DNA of 36,616 nt from Diploschistes diacapsis (Eukaryota), in NCBI GenBank assembly GCA_023645945.1, contig JALAIB010000066.1:1-36616 (forward strand). The letters are read 5' to 3'. This document shows, piece after piece, positions 35,535 to 36,616 of this stretch. Made by a program: the position numbers and the translations under genes. The number at the start of each line of letters is the position of its first letter. Within the stretch, counting starts at the first letter, position 1. The notes beneath the pieces were generated by a model. It was not told the DNA's origin and made no database searches. It saw only the letters and a program-made list of their open reading frames with translations.

Positions 35535-36616
35535 TCACTTCTTGATACCGACGACAACAAGATTGCGAGGGCTCTGCTCGTAGTCAAAGACCGTCTGGAC
35601 CCACGCCTGACCGATATCGGGTTGCTCCCTTAGGTATTGCCACCTATCGGTTACCATGGCGCACTCCACAACGCCAGCGGCGAAGGACATCAACGTCCAA
35701 AGTATACAAAGCTCGTGTCTCTTGTGTTGAAAACGATCCTCATAGGCCGCAATGTCAGCGTCGGAAAGACCTTCCATGCACTCCTTCAGGAAATCTCCCC
35801 TTCCTGGCTCTTTGCCAAGCTTCGCGAAAGCGCCTCTGACATATGTGACGAAGGTCCGGTATGATGCTTTGGGCAAAGACCCGAGCACAATTGGTTCGCA
35901 TCCCCCTTTCCAGCCTCGCACCGTCCCACCAGCGACATCGTCAGCGAGCACAGGAGGATTGACGAAGCCGCGATCGAGGAAGATACGTTGCAACAGGGCG
36001 CGGTAGAAATGTCTCGTAAAGAAGGACTTGCAATCCTCTTCGCCCCAGTTCCGCGGCGCCTGCACCGCCATCATCCTAGCCGTAATATTGAAGCGGACCC
36101 CGACGCCGTGCTTGTGCTTGTAGGTCGTAAAGAGCTCCGACATGGGAAACCCGTGCGGGTCGCGCGTCAGGGAGGTCTTGTCCAAGCGCGGATGGCGGCT
36201 CCGGAGGTTGGGCAGCTTGTAGGTCGGTGGGCCCAGGCGCTCGGTGCAGAGGTTGTAGCAGCATCCCACCATCGCGACTGCCTTTACGGACGGATTCAGG
36301 GTCAGTGAGCGCAGGCCGTGGTGAATTAGATTCCCGCACGAATGCAGCGATATGACCATCAAGCCGGGTTCTTCCTCTGCACTATGTCGAGTGCTGCGTG
36401 ATATACCATCGCATTGCGTGGTCTCGGCATCTCTATGAAGTGTGCGCGTCGTCTCTACCACGTCGTCGAGACGCCCGTCGGTAATGACATGCTCCATATA
36501 GTGAATCCGCCCGTGCACATCGTCCGTAACTGCCGGTCCGAAGCCTTTAAAAGCCTGCTCCTCTTTCTCCACGAGCCCACTCCCCCCAACCTCCTCTTTG
36601 TCTATCCCATCTTCCC
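35535..36616 (-). CDS. SAM-dependent methyltransferase-like protein (METTL25/RRNAD1-like), 5' part beyond window
   Basis: ISLHSCGNL, VGCCYNL, GFPMS, FYRALLQ, VVE..VTDRWQYLRE, VFDYEQSPRNLVVVG. The frame stays open upstream of 36572 to the window edge. Confidence 0.8.
   Translation of the reverse strand, partial: EDGIDKEEVGGSGLVEKEEQAFKGFGPAVTDDVHGRIHYMEHVITDGRLDDVVETTRTLHRDAETTQCDGISRSTRHSAEEEPGLMVISLHSCGNLIHHGLRSLTLNPSVKAVAMVGCCYNLCTERLGPPTYKLPNLRSRHPRLDKTSLTRDPHGFPMSELFTTYKHKHGVGVRFNITARMMAVQAPRNWGEEDCKSFFTRHFYRALLQRIFLDRGFVNPPVLADDVAGGTVRGWKGGCEPIVLGSLPKASYRTFVTYVRGAFAKLGKEPGRGDFLKECMEGLSDADIAAYEDRFQHKRHELCILWTLMSFAAGVVECAMVTDRWQYLREQPDIGQAWVQTVFDYEQSPRNLVVVGIKK

Overview
Gene-dense, intron-containing eukaryotic DNA from a filamentous ascomycete (Pezizomycotina-like: short GT-AG introns, mostly 45-110 nt, with CTRAY branch points). 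I assembled ten protein-coding genes by hand from the splice signals. In order: TRA1 (-), TFIIIC tau95/TFC1 (-), PP2A B56 regulatory subunit RTS1 (+), cytochrome c oxidase subunit Va/COX6 (+), a GT15 KTR-family alpha-1,2-mannosyltransferase (-), a DHA1-type MFS transporter (+), a fructosamine-kinase-family protein (-), a fungal NLR with alpha/beta-hydrolase + NACHT + WD40 architecture (+), a gamma-tubulin complex GCP5-like subunit (+), and a 5'-truncated METTL25/RRNAD1-like methyltransferase (-). No rRNA, tRNA, transposon or CRISPR array was recognised. The most interesting element is the NLR. Its spliced N-terminus is missing from the ORF track and carries a candidate myristoylation signal, a basic/hydrophobic patch and a PPxY motif ahead of an apparently intact lipase-like effector domain. 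It sits in a three-gene accessory-looking block between housekeeping genes. A TAGTAG splice acceptor in RTS1 could switch between an immediate stop and a 49-aa tail. All family calls come from motif recognition; no database searches were run.
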